Source of the DNA: Anaerolineae bacterium
Lineage (GTDB): Bacteria > Chloroflexota > Anaerolineae > J102
DNA length: 49,249 nucleotides
Assembly: GCA_027002405.1 (NCBI GenBank)
Contig: JALWZT010000233.1
Span: 1 to 49,249 of the forward strand
Direction of reading: 5' to 3'
Of this stretch, positions 9,715 through 18,456 are shown in pieces. The notes under the pieces were generated by a model, which saw only the letters and a list, made by a program, of their open reading frames with translations, did not search any database and was not told the origin of the DNA. The translations under genes were made by a program, and so were the position numbers. Each line of letters starts with the position of its first letter. Position 1 is the stretch's first letter.

Positions 9715-10670
9715 CGCCACGCGCGGCGGCTCGCCAATACCGAGGAAAATGGGGACGCTGATGCACGCAGATGCAACGCAGACTTCGCAGATGTTCGTCA
9801 TGCTGAGCGACCGGAGGGAGCGAAAGCCTACCCTGAGGAATCGAAGGGCATCTAGCGAGCGAAGCGAGCGATAATGTGGATTTTGCGCTTCGCTAGAACC
9901 TGTTATGAACTTATCGCCAGTTTCACGCGATTTTGTGGATGGCGGGCGTTTCAATTCGCCACGGATGACGCTGATGCGACGGATCGACACGGATTTTTGG
10001 GGAAAAAGCATGGTATCTGTTTGAAAAATCCGCGAAAATCTGCTTTATCCGCGTTATCCGCGGCCAATTCCAACCTCCGATGCGGCGATCCTGAGCTTTG
10101 AGGGAAGCAAGGTGCATAACAGCCTCTAGATTCCTCGGTCGCTTTGCTCCCTCGGAATGACGTTTCGTTGTCGCCTTTTTCGTGGCCCTATTTTTTGGCG
10201 TTGTCTGGCCGACCGAAGTGGCGTCTGCCACGCCCGCCCGCCCGGCGATGAAGTCGCCGGGCTATAAAACGGCGCCGGATGAATCCGGCTAGCCCCGCAA
10301 CTGATTACTGATGACTGATCACTGATTACTCGTGCTCGCGCCTAACTTCGGCCTAACAATCCTCAATCCTAATCCTGATCCTATTTACGGAACAGTCACC
10401 ATGAGCGATAGCTCACCACATAACGATGAAAATAGGGACGCAGATGTTCGTCATGCTGAGCGATCGAAGGGAGCGAAGCATCTAGCGAGCGAAGCGAGCG
10501 CCATGCCGTGGTTTTTGCGCTTCGCTAGATTCCTCGGTCGCTTCGCTCCCTCGGAATGACGTCGCGAGGCTCTATTTACGGAACAGATACGAAGCCCTGC
10601 GGGCTGGTCACGGGAGTGCTACTGAACACTGATGACTGATGACTGATTACTGATTACTGAATCACTGACT
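9715..10670 (+). mobile_element. Tandem cassette array (about 9715-10395 and 10396-10586) with nested MITE
   Basis: A-end variant at 9715; T-end CTATTTACGGAACAG at 10381-10395 and 10572-10586; unit 10396-10586 is near-identical to 24719-24909 and 42671-42861. Confidence 0.85.
9897..10125. mobile_element. MITE inserted at a duplicated CTAG inside a palindromic module
   Basis: CTAG at 9893-9896 and 10126-10129; ends AACCTGTTATG / CATAACAGCCT; the uninterrupted host GCTTCGCTAGATTCCTCGG is visible at 10519-10537. Confidence 0.85.
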
Positions 10671-10779
10671 CCGTTCCTTCGTGGCAGAACATTTTGCAGG
10701 ATAGCTGTATCGTTACGTACAATGGGGTATATGCTTATTCGTCTCTCCACGCGAAGCTCACGCTCATGAGGTATAAACC

Positions 10780-11895
10780 ATGCGCCGGCGTCTGATCCTA
10801 TTCTTGCTCCTGATCCTCCTTTCCTCCCTGGCATGGTCGGGCTTGGCCCTGGCCCAGAATCAACCCGTGGTACGGGCGGTCTTGTTCTATTCCCCCACCT
10901 GTCCCCATTGTCATAAAGTGCTGCAAAACGATCTCCCCCCTCTGGTCCAAAAGTATGGGGATCAACTTCAGATCCTGCTTATCGATGTGACAACGCAAGG
11001 GGGCCGGGAGTTGTACCTGGCCGCGGCCCAGGCCCTTCCCATCCCCGAAGAAAAACGGGGCGTGCCCGCGCTGGTCGTGGGCGATCAGCTCCTGGTGGGG
11101 GATGTGGAGATCCCGGAAAAATTCCCAGGTCTGATTGAACAAGGCCTGGCCGCAGGCGGGGTCGATTGGCCCGATATCCCCGGACTGGATCGGGTGATCC
11201 AGCAATTGGAGGCTCAAAAGCAGGCCACGCCCTCAGCCACCTCCCAGGCGCCGCAAACCCCTGCCCCTACCCCCGAATCGGCCAGCTTGAACCAGGTGAA
11301 TGTGAAAAGCGTTAGCGAGATGTCTGTGGCAGAACGCCTGGCCCTGGACCCCGTGGGCAGTGCGATAGCCATCTTCACCCTGGTGGTCATGGTGGGCATG
11401 TTGGCCTGGGCTTTGATTTACTGGGCTCGCAGCAACCTGACCCTGACCTGGGGCCCTCGCTGGCTCAATGGGATTATCCCTCTGCTTAGCCTGGCGGGCG
11501 CGGGCATTGCTTTTTATCTCGCGTTTGTGGAAACCACAGGGACTCGGGCCGTGTGTGGCCCGGTGGGGGATTGCAACGCGGTGCAACAAAGTGACTACGC
11601 GGTCCTGTTTGGCATCTTGCCCGTGGGCGTTCTTGGTTTCATCGGCTACCTGGTGATTTTGGGATTGTGGGCATGGCAGTATGCTGGCCCTCCAGCCAGG
11701 ACCGAGAAAACGGCCTGGATGTTGCCCGCGATCGTCTATTTTGGCACGGTATTCAGCACCTACCTGACTTTCTTGGAACCCTTTGTCATTGGTGCGGTCT
11801 GTATGTGGTGCATCACGTCCGCCTGGATCATGACCCTGTTGCTTTTCCTCACCTTCCGCTGGCGCATCCCCCCGCGGCGGGCCAGGGCATCCTAG
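10780..11895 (+). CDS. Thioredoxin domain-VKOR (vitamin K epoxide reductase family) fusion membrane protein
   Basis: Signal peptide; FYSPTCPHC thioredoxin motif; Pro/Thr linker; membrane domain with CGPVGDC loop cysteines and CMWC active site. Confidence 0.9.
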   Translation: MRRRLILFLLLILLSSLAWSGLALAQNQPVVRAVLFYSPTCPHCHKVLQNDLPPLVQKYGDQLQILLIDVTTQGGRELYLAAAQALPIPEEKRGVPALVVGDQLLVGDVEIPEKFPGLIEQGLAAGGVDWPDIPGLDRVIQQLEAQKQATPSATSQAPQTPAPTPESASLNQVNVKSVSEMSVAERLALDPVGSAIAIFTLVVMVGMLAWALIYWARSNLTLTWGPRWLNGIIPLLSLAGAGIAFYLAFVETTGTRAVCGPVGDCNAVQQSDYAVLFGILPVGVLGFIGYLVILGLWAWQYAGPPARTEKTAWMLPAIVYFGTVFSTYLTFLEPFVIGAVCMWCITSAWIMTLLLFLTFRWRIPPRRARAS

Positions 11896-11898
11896 AAG

Positions 11899-12525
11899 CT
11901 GTTATGAAGATAGAGGTCTCATGCAAAGGCGCCGAGGGCGCAAAGAGAGTCATTAGTGTTCAGTGTTCAGTGTTCAGTAATCAGTGTTGGATGTCCTGAA
12001 AAAACTCATTTGGGTGCGTCCTAAATGAGTTGGCGCCAGCCTCCTATCCGAGTGAACTCGGACTCTTTTAGGCGCTTCGCGCCGACGGTCGACCTCCGTC
12101 GACCGGATGACTGGACGGCGAAGGCCGTCCATTGGCCATAGGCCTTAAGTGTCCGACTTCAGTCGGTGAGTACAGCCTCAACCGAAATAGGACGCCCCCA
12201 ACTCATTTCACCGCAGAGTGCGCTGAGAGCGCAGAGAAAATCCTGAGGTTTCGCGGAGAAAATACCTCTGAATCCAGTCTTTTAACTCTGCGTCCTCTGC
12301 GTTCTCCGCGGTGAGTAACCTTTTTGCAGTGGAACCAAGATTGGATTTCCTGAAAAAACCTTAACCACGGAGACACAGAGAGCACGGAGAAGAAAAAAGA
12401 TAGAATTTGGAGAGGATTTTCTCCGTGAACCCCTTTATTTTTTCTCTGTGTCCTCCGTGTCTCCGTGTTGAAAAACCTTTTTGCAGTAGATCCATCGTTA
12501 TGTGATGAGCCATCGCTCATGGCGA
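11899..12525 (-). mobile_element. Cassette unit (reverse) containing two TGGAT-family MITEs and a nested MITE
   Basis: Starts CTGTTATGAAGATAG, ends ...GAGCCATCGCTCATGGCGA|CTG; MITEs at 11988-12337 and 12342-12494. Confidence 0.8.
12011..12200. mobile_element. 190-bp MITE with 7-bp target duplication ACTCATT
   Basis: Terminal inverted repeats TGGGTGCGTCCTA / TAGGACGCCCCCA; ACTCATT at 12004-12010 and 12201-12207. Confidence 0.85.
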
Positions 12526-13268
12526 CTGTTTTGGTTATCATCCCCGCGTACAACGAAGCGGAAAACCTGCCCCGGGTGATTCCCGCGCTGCGTCGCGCGC
12601 TGCCCCAGGCCGATATCCTGGTGGTGGACGATCATTCCTCCGACGCCACCGCGCAGGTAGCCCGCAGTCTGGGCGCCCGGGTGGTACGCCTGCCCAATAA
12701 TCTGGGATATGGCGGCGCGGTCCAGACCGGGTTTCGTTACGGGGCCCAGCAGGGCTATCGGTACGCGGTGATGATGGATGCCGACGGCCAGCACGATCCC
12801 AACGATGCACCGCGATTGCTGGCTCCGGTCATGGCCGGGGCATGTGATGTGGCGTTGGGCTCGCGCTTTCGGGGGAAAATGACATATCAGACTTCCTGGG
12901 TGCGTCGGTTGGGCATGCGCGCGTTTGCCTTCATCACCAGCAGCCTCATGGACCAGGAGATCACCGATGCCACATCGGGCTTTCAGGCCCTCAATCGGGA
13001 TGTGATGGTCTTTTTTGCCGAGGAAAATTATCCCAGCGATTTTCCAGATGCCGATACCCTCATCATGTTGCACTTCGCGGGCTTCCGGGTCCAGGAAGTG
13101 CCGGTGGTCATGCACGAACGCCTGGCAGGGGAATCCATGCACGGCCATGTGCTGAAAAACATGTATTACATCCTGAAAATGTTTCTTTCCATTTTCATGG
13201 TTTACTTGCGCTATCGTACCCAGGCGGGGACTTTACGTCCCCGGCCCGCGAGAGAGGTTGAGGCATGA
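12519..13268 (+). CDS. Glycosyltransferase family 2 (DPM-synthase-like)
   Basis: VIIPAYNE, VVDDHSSD, NLGYGGA, MDADGQH, DATSGF. Confidence 0.93.
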   Translation: MATVLVIIPAYNEAENLPRVIPALRRALPQADILVVDDHSSDATAQVARSLGARVVRLPNNLGYGGAVQTGFRYGAQQGYRYAVMMDADGQHDPNDAPRLLAPVMAGACDVALGSRFRGKMTYQTSWVRRLGMRAFAFITSSLMDQEITDATSGFQALNRDVMVFFAEENYPSDFPDADTLIMLHFAGFRVQEVPVVMHERLAGESMHGHVLKNMYYILKMFLSIFMVYLRYRTQAGTLRPRPAREVEA

Positions 13269-14098
13269 TCCCCGCCGCGTTATCCGTTGATCTGGAATCG
13301 TACTGGCACGCGGAATTATTGCGTTCCAGGGTGGATCGTGGCATGATGGCTGACCGGGTGGAAGAAGCCACCCGGCCCTTGTTGGACTTGCTGGCCCAAT
13401 ATCAGGCCCGTGCCACTTTTTTTGTGGTGGGCGAAGTGATGGAGGCCCATCCTCAGCTTATCCAGGATATCGTGGCCGCGGGCCATGAATTGGCATGCCA
13501 CGGGTATACCCACCGCCCCTTGTGGGAGCTTGATGAGGCCACTTTCGAAGCCGAGATTCGGCGTTTTCGTGATCTGGCAGCCCGGATTGTCCCCCAAACC
13601 CCTATCTGGGGATTCCGCGCGCCGACCTTCAGCCTTTCTCCGGCCACGGCTTGGGCTTTGGATGTTTTGGCCCGTTATGGATATCATTATGATTCCAGCG
13701 TGTTTCCCATGAAAACCCCGCTCTACGGAGTGCCTCGTGCCCCGCGGCGGCCTTATCGTCCTGGCCCGGACCTGGTCACCGAAGCTCCGGATGGCCGGTT
13801 GTGGGAATGGCCCATGACCGTGTGGTCTGTAGGGCCTGTGACCCTGCCGGTCTGTGGGGGGTTCTATCTGCGGGCTTTGCCCATGCCCCTGATCCTGCAC
13901 GGGTTGACGCGTGCGGCCGGGCGCGGGCCTGTGGTCATCTATCTCCATCCTTGGGAGCTCGACCCCGGCACCCCGCGGGTGCCTTTGCCCCCTCGCGACC
14001 GATTCATCACCTACTATCATTTGGGTGATGCCATGCGTCGCCGGGTGGAACGCCTGCTCCAGCATTTCGACTTCCTTCCCATGAGGGAAAGGCTGTAG
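13265..14098 (+). CDS. Polysaccharide deacetylase family protein (DUF3473-type C-terminus)
   Basis: SVDLESY, ATFFVVG, HELACHGYTH, GFRAPTFS, YDSSVFP, GGFYLR, YLHPWE. Confidence 0.92.
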   Translation: MIPAALSVDLESYWHAELLRSRVDRGMMADRVEEATRPLLDLLAQYQARATFFVVGEVMEAHPQLIQDIVAAGHELACHGYTHRPLWELDEATFEAEIRRFRDLAARIVPQTPIWGFRAPTFSLSPATAWALDVLARYGYHYDSSVFPMKTPLYGVPRAPRRPYRPGPDLVTEAPDGRLWEWPMTVWSVGPVTLPVCGGFYLRALPMPLILHGLTRAAGRGPVVIYLHPWELDPGTPRVPLPPRDRFITYYHLGDAMRRRVERLLQHFDFLPMRERL

Positions 14099-14099
14099 G

Positions 14100-14565
14100 C
14101 AACGCAGATTGACGCAGATGTTCGTCATGCTGAGCGACCGGAGGGAGCGAAGCATCTAGCGAGCGAAGCGAGCGTCATGCCGTGGTTTTTTGCGCTTCGC
14201 TAGATTCCTCGGTCGCTTCGCTCCCTCGGAATGACGTTTCGATGTCGCCTTTTTCGTGGCCCTATTTTTTGGCGTTGTCTGGCCGACCGAAGTGGCGTCT
14301 GCCACGCCCGCCCGCCCGGCGATGAAGTCGCCGGGCTATAGAACGGCGCCGGATAATTCCGGCTAGGCACGCAGCGCTGTTTCTTCTGCTCGGAGCTAAA
14401 CCTCCGAGCTACGGATACGAAGCCCTGCGGGCTGGCCACGGGAGTGCTACTGAACACTGAACACTGAACACTAATTACTGATGACTGATCACTGATTACT
14501 CCTGCTCGCGCCTCACCTCGGCCTGACAATCCTCAATCCTAATCCTGATCCTATTTACGGGACAC
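14100..14565 (+). repeat. Composite palindromic module cluster ending in a T-end just upstream of ribF
   Basis: Same modules as 9790-10395 and 28390-28600; ends AATCCT hexamers then CTATTTACGGGACAC. Confidence 0.85.
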
Positions 14566-14567
14566 CT

Positions 14568-15917
14568 ATGCAAGTCTTCGAATCGATTACCGCTGCGCAG
14601 CTCAAAGGCCCGACGCATCTCACCATCGGCAGTTTTGATGGCATGCATCGCGGCCATCAGGCTTTGATCGCGACCATGCAGGCCGCGGCTCGGGCCCAGG
14701 GGGCTGCGTGCGGGTTGCTCACCTTTCACCCTCACCCCCGCGCGGTGCTATACCCCGATCGTCCCGTGGCCAGCATCAGCTCCCTGGCCGAACGGCTCAA
14801 GCTCTATGCTCGGGCGGGGCTCGATTTCACCATTGTACATCCCTTTACCCGACAGACGGCTCAAACCGAGCCGGAAGCGTTCATGGATTTGCTCAAGGAG
14901 CATCTGGCCCTGACGGATTTGTGGGTGGGTCCCGATTTTGCCTTGGGGCGCAACCGGCGGGGCGATGTGCCTTTCCTCCAGGCTTATGGTGCAAAAATCG
15001 GTGTGCACGTGCATGTGGTGGATGAGTTCCGCTGGGAGGGGATCGCGGTGCGTTCTTCTCACATCCGGCAAACCCTGACCTTGGGGAATGTGATGTGGGC
15101 CAATGTGTGGTTGGGGCGCTTTTTCACCATCTCGGGCGTGGTGGTGTATGGGGACCAGCGGGGGCGCACGTTGGGATTCCCCACGGCCAATATCGCGGCT
15201 TCCCATAATCGAGTCCACCCGGCCGATGGGGTGTACGCGGCCTGGGCCGATGTGGAAGGACGACGCTTCCCCGCGGTGGTGAATATCGGGGTGCGCCCCA
15301 CAGTCAACGGGCGTCAGCGTACCATCGAAGCCCACATCATTGATTTTGACGAAGATATCTATGGCCGCTGCTTGCAACTCGCGTTTGTGACCCGCCTGCG
15401 GGATGAGATCCGCTTTCCTAACCTGGAAGCGCTGAAAGCGCAAATTGGCCGAGATAAAGACCTGGCCGCGTGGTTGCTGGCCCAGGACCCCCAGCTCCCC
15501 GATTATGAGCGCTATCGGGAATGGGCCTATACCGCGGATTGGGGGGTGGATGTTTTTGGTGATTCACCGGAGGCCCTGTTCCTCCACGCAGCCATTGCCA
15601 TGTTCGGGCTTCAGGCCGCTTATGATGTCCAGGGCCCCACATTGCAACAGGCCATCGAAGTGGAAGGCGCAGACCGGGAGGATTTGTTGGTCAGTTGGTT
15701 GAGCGAGTTGCTTTGGCAGCAGGAAACCCATGGCCTCATGATGCAGTATGGGGTCATTCGGGAATTGACCGAAACCCGGTTGCGGGCCTTGGTTTTTGGG
15801 CGAGCCGGTCCCAGTGATCTGGCTCATATCAAGGCTGTCACGTACCATGATTTACATATCGAACCTCCCACTGCCAGCCGGGCGTTGTGGCACGCCCGCG
15901 TCCTTTTTGATACCTGA
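14568..15917 (+). CDS. ribF: Bifunctional riboflavin kinase/FAD synthetase with a fused C-terminal archease domain
   Basis: GSFDGMHRGH, GRTLGFPTAN, NIGVRPT, IEAHII; residues about 316-449 carry YTADWG...EDLLVSWLSELL...IKAVTYH...VLFDT (archease signature). Confidence 0.9.
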   Translation: MQVFESITAAQLKGPTHLTIGSFDGMHRGHQALIATMQAAARAQGAACGLLTFHPHPRAVLYPDRPVASISSLAERLKLYARAGLDFTIVHPFTRQTAQTEPEAFMDLLKEHLALTDLWVGPDFALGRNRRGDVPFLQAYGAKIGVHVHVVDEFRWEGIAVRSSHIRQTLTLGNVMWANVWLGRFFTISGVVVYGDQRGRTLGFPTANIAASHNRVHPADGVYAAWADVEGRRFPAVVNIGVRPTVNGRQRTIEAHIIDFDEDIYGRCLQLAFVTRLRDEIRFPNLEALKAQIGRDKDLAAWLLAQDPQLPDYERYREWAYTADWGVDVFGDSPEALFLHAAIAMFGLQAAYDVQGPTLQQAIEVEGADREDLLVSWLSELLWQQETHGLMMQYGVIRELTETRLRALVFGRAGPSDLAHIKAVTYHDLHIEPPTASRALWHARVLFDT

Positions 15918-15920
15918 ACC

Positions 15921-16667
15921 ATGCCTGTTCTTGTTCCAGGGCTGACCGGCACCCTCATCAACACCACCACAGTCATTTTAGGCAGCCTCATCGGCATCTT
16001 TGTGGGGCATCGCCTGAGCGAACACACGCAAAACACGGTCCTCCACGGCCTGGGGCTGGTCACCTTGGTGGTGGCCATCAGCAATGCCATCACCACCCAA
16101 AACATCCTCATCCCCCTGTTTGCAGTGGTTCTGGGAGCCATGCTGGGGGAATGGATGCAGTTGGAGGAGCGATTGGACCGTTTGGGGCACTGGATGGAGC
16201 GGACCTTTGGTCAACGCCTGGGGGAAAAGGATGAAAATCGTCTGGTCCAGGCTTTTGTCACGGCCAGCCTGGTTTATTGTGTGGGGCCTCTCACCATTTT
16301 GGGGGCTGTGCAAGATGGTCTGGTGAATAATTACCAGTTTCTTTTGTTGAAAGCTGTGTTGGATGGGTTTGCATCCATTGCCTTTGCCGCCAGTTTAGGG
16401 CCTGGGGTTATTCTTTCGGCCATCACGGTTTTCGTATTTCAGGGAGGATTGGCCCTGACAGCCATGGTATTTAGCGGTGCCCTGGGAGGAATCACCGCGG
16501 ATCATCCTGCGGTGATCGAGATGACAGCCACGGGCGGCATTGTGCTGTTGGCGATAGGGCTGATTCTTTTGGAGATAAAACGATTACGCGCGGCGAATTT
16601 TCTCCCCGCCATTTTCTTGGCCCCTGTGCTGGTGGTTCTGTTACAATGGTTGGGAATCTCATTTTAA
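15921..16667 (+). CDS. DUF554 family membrane protein
   Basis: GTLINT, FVTASLVYCVGPLTILG, KAVLDGFASIAFA, ANFLPA; multiple TM helices. Confidence 0.88.
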   Translation: MPVLVPGLTGTLINTTTVILGSLIGIFVGHRLSEHTQNTVLHGLGLVTLVVAISNAITTQNILIPLFAVVLGAMLGEWMQLEERLDRLGHWMERTFGQRLGEKDENRLVQAFVTASLVYCVGPLTILGAVQDGLVNNYQFLLLKAVLDGFASIAFAASLGPGVILSAITVFVFQGGLALTAMVFSGALGGITADHPAVIEMTATGGIVLLAIGLILLEIKRLRAANFLPAIFLAPVLVVLLQWLGISF

Positions 16668-16680
16668 GCAAGGAGTCCCT

Positions 16681-17052
16681 ATGTTTACCCTGGCTTTACG
16701 GAAACGCTTCATTGCCTACCATCCTGCCCGTCGACCGGATGCCGAGCACCCAATCCAGTCTCATCTTTTTGTGTTGGAAGTGATGCTGGAGGCGGAGGCG
16801 CTGGACGAGGCGGGCCAGGTGTTTGACCTGGATGTGTTGGACTCGGAGATCGCGGATATCCTGAAGGCGTATGCCAATAAAGATCTGCACCAGACCCCGG
16901 TATTTGCCCAGCGCCCCTTTACGTTGGAAGCTTTTGCTCAGGTCCTGGGGGATGCGCTGAACGAAAGTCTGTATGCCCCGCATCTCACCGCACTCAGTGT
17001 GCGCTTGTGGTGTGACGAGCGCGCCTGGGCCTTGTACGATATCGAACGATGA
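16681..17052 (+). CDS. 6-pyruvoyl-tetrahydropterin synthase (QueD)-like T-fold protein, divergent
   Basis: 123 aa; MFTLALRKRFIAYH...SHLFVLEV...VFDL...TLEAFA...VRLW pattern; RBS AAGGAG. Confidence 0.6.
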   Translation: MFTLALRKRFIAYHPARRPDAEHPIQSHLFVLEVMLEAEALDEAGQVFDLDVLDSEIADILKAYANKDLHQTPVFAQRPFTLEAFAQVLGDALNESLYAPHLTALSVRLWCDERAWALYDIER

Positions 17053-17142
17053 GCATGGTTACTTTTTATCGAATTTGACGTGCGGCCCCGTCAACGTCGC
17101 GTCATCTTACAATTTATTGGAGAACCCTGAAAATCCCTGCCC

Positions 17143-17430
17143 TTACGACCCCTTTTTCCTGGACGCGTATTCCTCCAGGTTCATGATCACGAACAGCCGG
17201 TATTCGACACTTTCAGGAAGCTGAGGGGGAGTGTTGCGCAATTGGTGCACCAGATAGAGGGTTTTATTCAAGGTATCGAAAACAACGCGACAATTCTCGC
17301 ATACCGCGAGGTGGGCTTCCAGCTCCGAACAGAGTTCGGGGGATAATTCCCCATCGATATAATCGTTGAGATGAATCAACACTTCCTGACAGGTGTCCAG
17401 GGAGGCATGGGGGTTATGAGGGTTCATCAT
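17143..17430 (-). CDS. Zinc-finger (zf-HC2) anti-sigma factor
   Basis: C..V...L.DYIDGEL...EAHLAVCENC (HxxxCxxC); directly downstream of the ECF sigma gene. Confidence 0.88.
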   Translation of the reverse strand: MMNPHNPHASLDTCQEVLIHLNDYIDGELSPELCSELEAHLAVCENCRVVFDTLNKTLYLVHQLRNTPPQLPESVEYRLFVIMNLEEYASRKKGS

Positions 17431-17460
17431 AATCGACAGGAGGAAGCGTTGCTCGGTGTT

Positions 17461-18060
17461 TCAGGTAAAATAGGGGGCAAGTATCTCACGCAAGCGTAAG
17501 CGGGCCCGATGGAGGCGGACTTTCGTGGCCGAAATACTGATGCCCAGCATGTTGGCGGTTTCTTCGGTGCTATAACCTTCGACCTCGCGCAGGATGAAAA
17601 CCGTGCGTAGTGTTTCGGGCAGGGACGCGATGGCTTTTTCCAGGACATCGCGGATCTCGCTATTCATCGCGTGGTCGTCAGGGGCCAGGGTGGCATCACG
17701 CACTTCGCGATAGACATCATCGCCTCCTTGGATCTCGATGGGGTCGTCCAGCGAGAGTTCGCGATGTTTATGCTTGCGCAGATGCATCAGTGCGGCGTTG
17801 GTGGCGATGCGATGCAACCACGTGTTTAATGCGCTGCGTTCTTCAAATCGGTGGATGTTTTTGCATGCGCTGATAAAGGTTTCTTGCAAGACCTCTTCCG
17901 CATCGTTGGGGTCATTCAACATGCGGATGGCAATGGCATACACGCGTGGCGCGAATTTTTTGATCATGCACGCGCATGCTTCGGGATCGCCGCGTTTAAG
18001 GCCTTGGATAAGGGCGGCCTCATCCGGGTAGATGTCAAGATCAATTTTGATTCCAGTCAT
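17461..18060 (-). CDS. ECF sigma-70 family RNA polymerase sigma factor
   Basis: DAEEVLQETF, TWLHRIATN (region 2); LREVEGYSTEETA...KVRLHRAR (region 4). Confidence 0.93.
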   Translation of the reverse strand: MTGIKIDLDIYPDEAALIQGLKRGDPEACACMIKKFAPRVYAIAIRMLNDPNDAEEVLQETFISACKNIHRFEERSALNTWLHRIATNAALMHLRKHKHRELSLDDPIEIQGGDDVYREVRDATLAPDDHAMNSEIRDVLEKAIASLPETLRTVFILREVEGYSTEETANMLGISISATKVRLHRARLRLREILAPYFT

Positions 18061-18246
18061 TGGATGCAATGGGAGGGGAAGCCGTTACGATGCTTTAGGG
18101 TAGAATCTCATCATACCCTAAACCCTGGTAAAAAGAAAAGTTCCAGGTGGGTATTCAATCTCGGCCAGCGCCGGGAAAGAGTATGCTGCCCCCTCAACAA
18201 GGGTGTTGATCTTCTGTTTTTGATTGTGTACAATAAACGTAGAAGG

Positions 18247-18401
18247 GTAACTATACACGTACCCTCTCATAGCAAGGCAAAAACCACTAAGGACACGAAG
18301 GACACGAAGGCACAAAGGGAAAAATAAAAAATTTTCTTCGTGTCTTTGTGACTTTGTGCCTTCGTGGTAAAGACGTCTTGCAGAAGGAGCTGTATAGTTA
18401 C
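18247..18401 (+). mobile_element. 155-bp MITE with perfect 11-bp TIR GTAACTATACA and about 8-bp target duplication (copy 1)
   Basis: GTAACTATACA ... TGTATAGTTAC; flanks GTAGAAGG / GTAGAAGA (7 of 8 match); inverted CACGAAGGA 9-mer arrays inside. Confidence 0.88.
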
Positions 18402-18456
18402 GTAGAAGAAAGGATTTTCATCGCCCGCTGTTATCCGTTTCTGTAGGAGAACCCCC

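Noticed and set aside
10332-10559. Short ORFs inside repeat clusters (also 42607-42834, 1592-1840, 12203-12553, 24774-24962, 178-414)
   Set aside because: They are translations of palindromic and tandem modules, with no RBS and frames that vary between copies.
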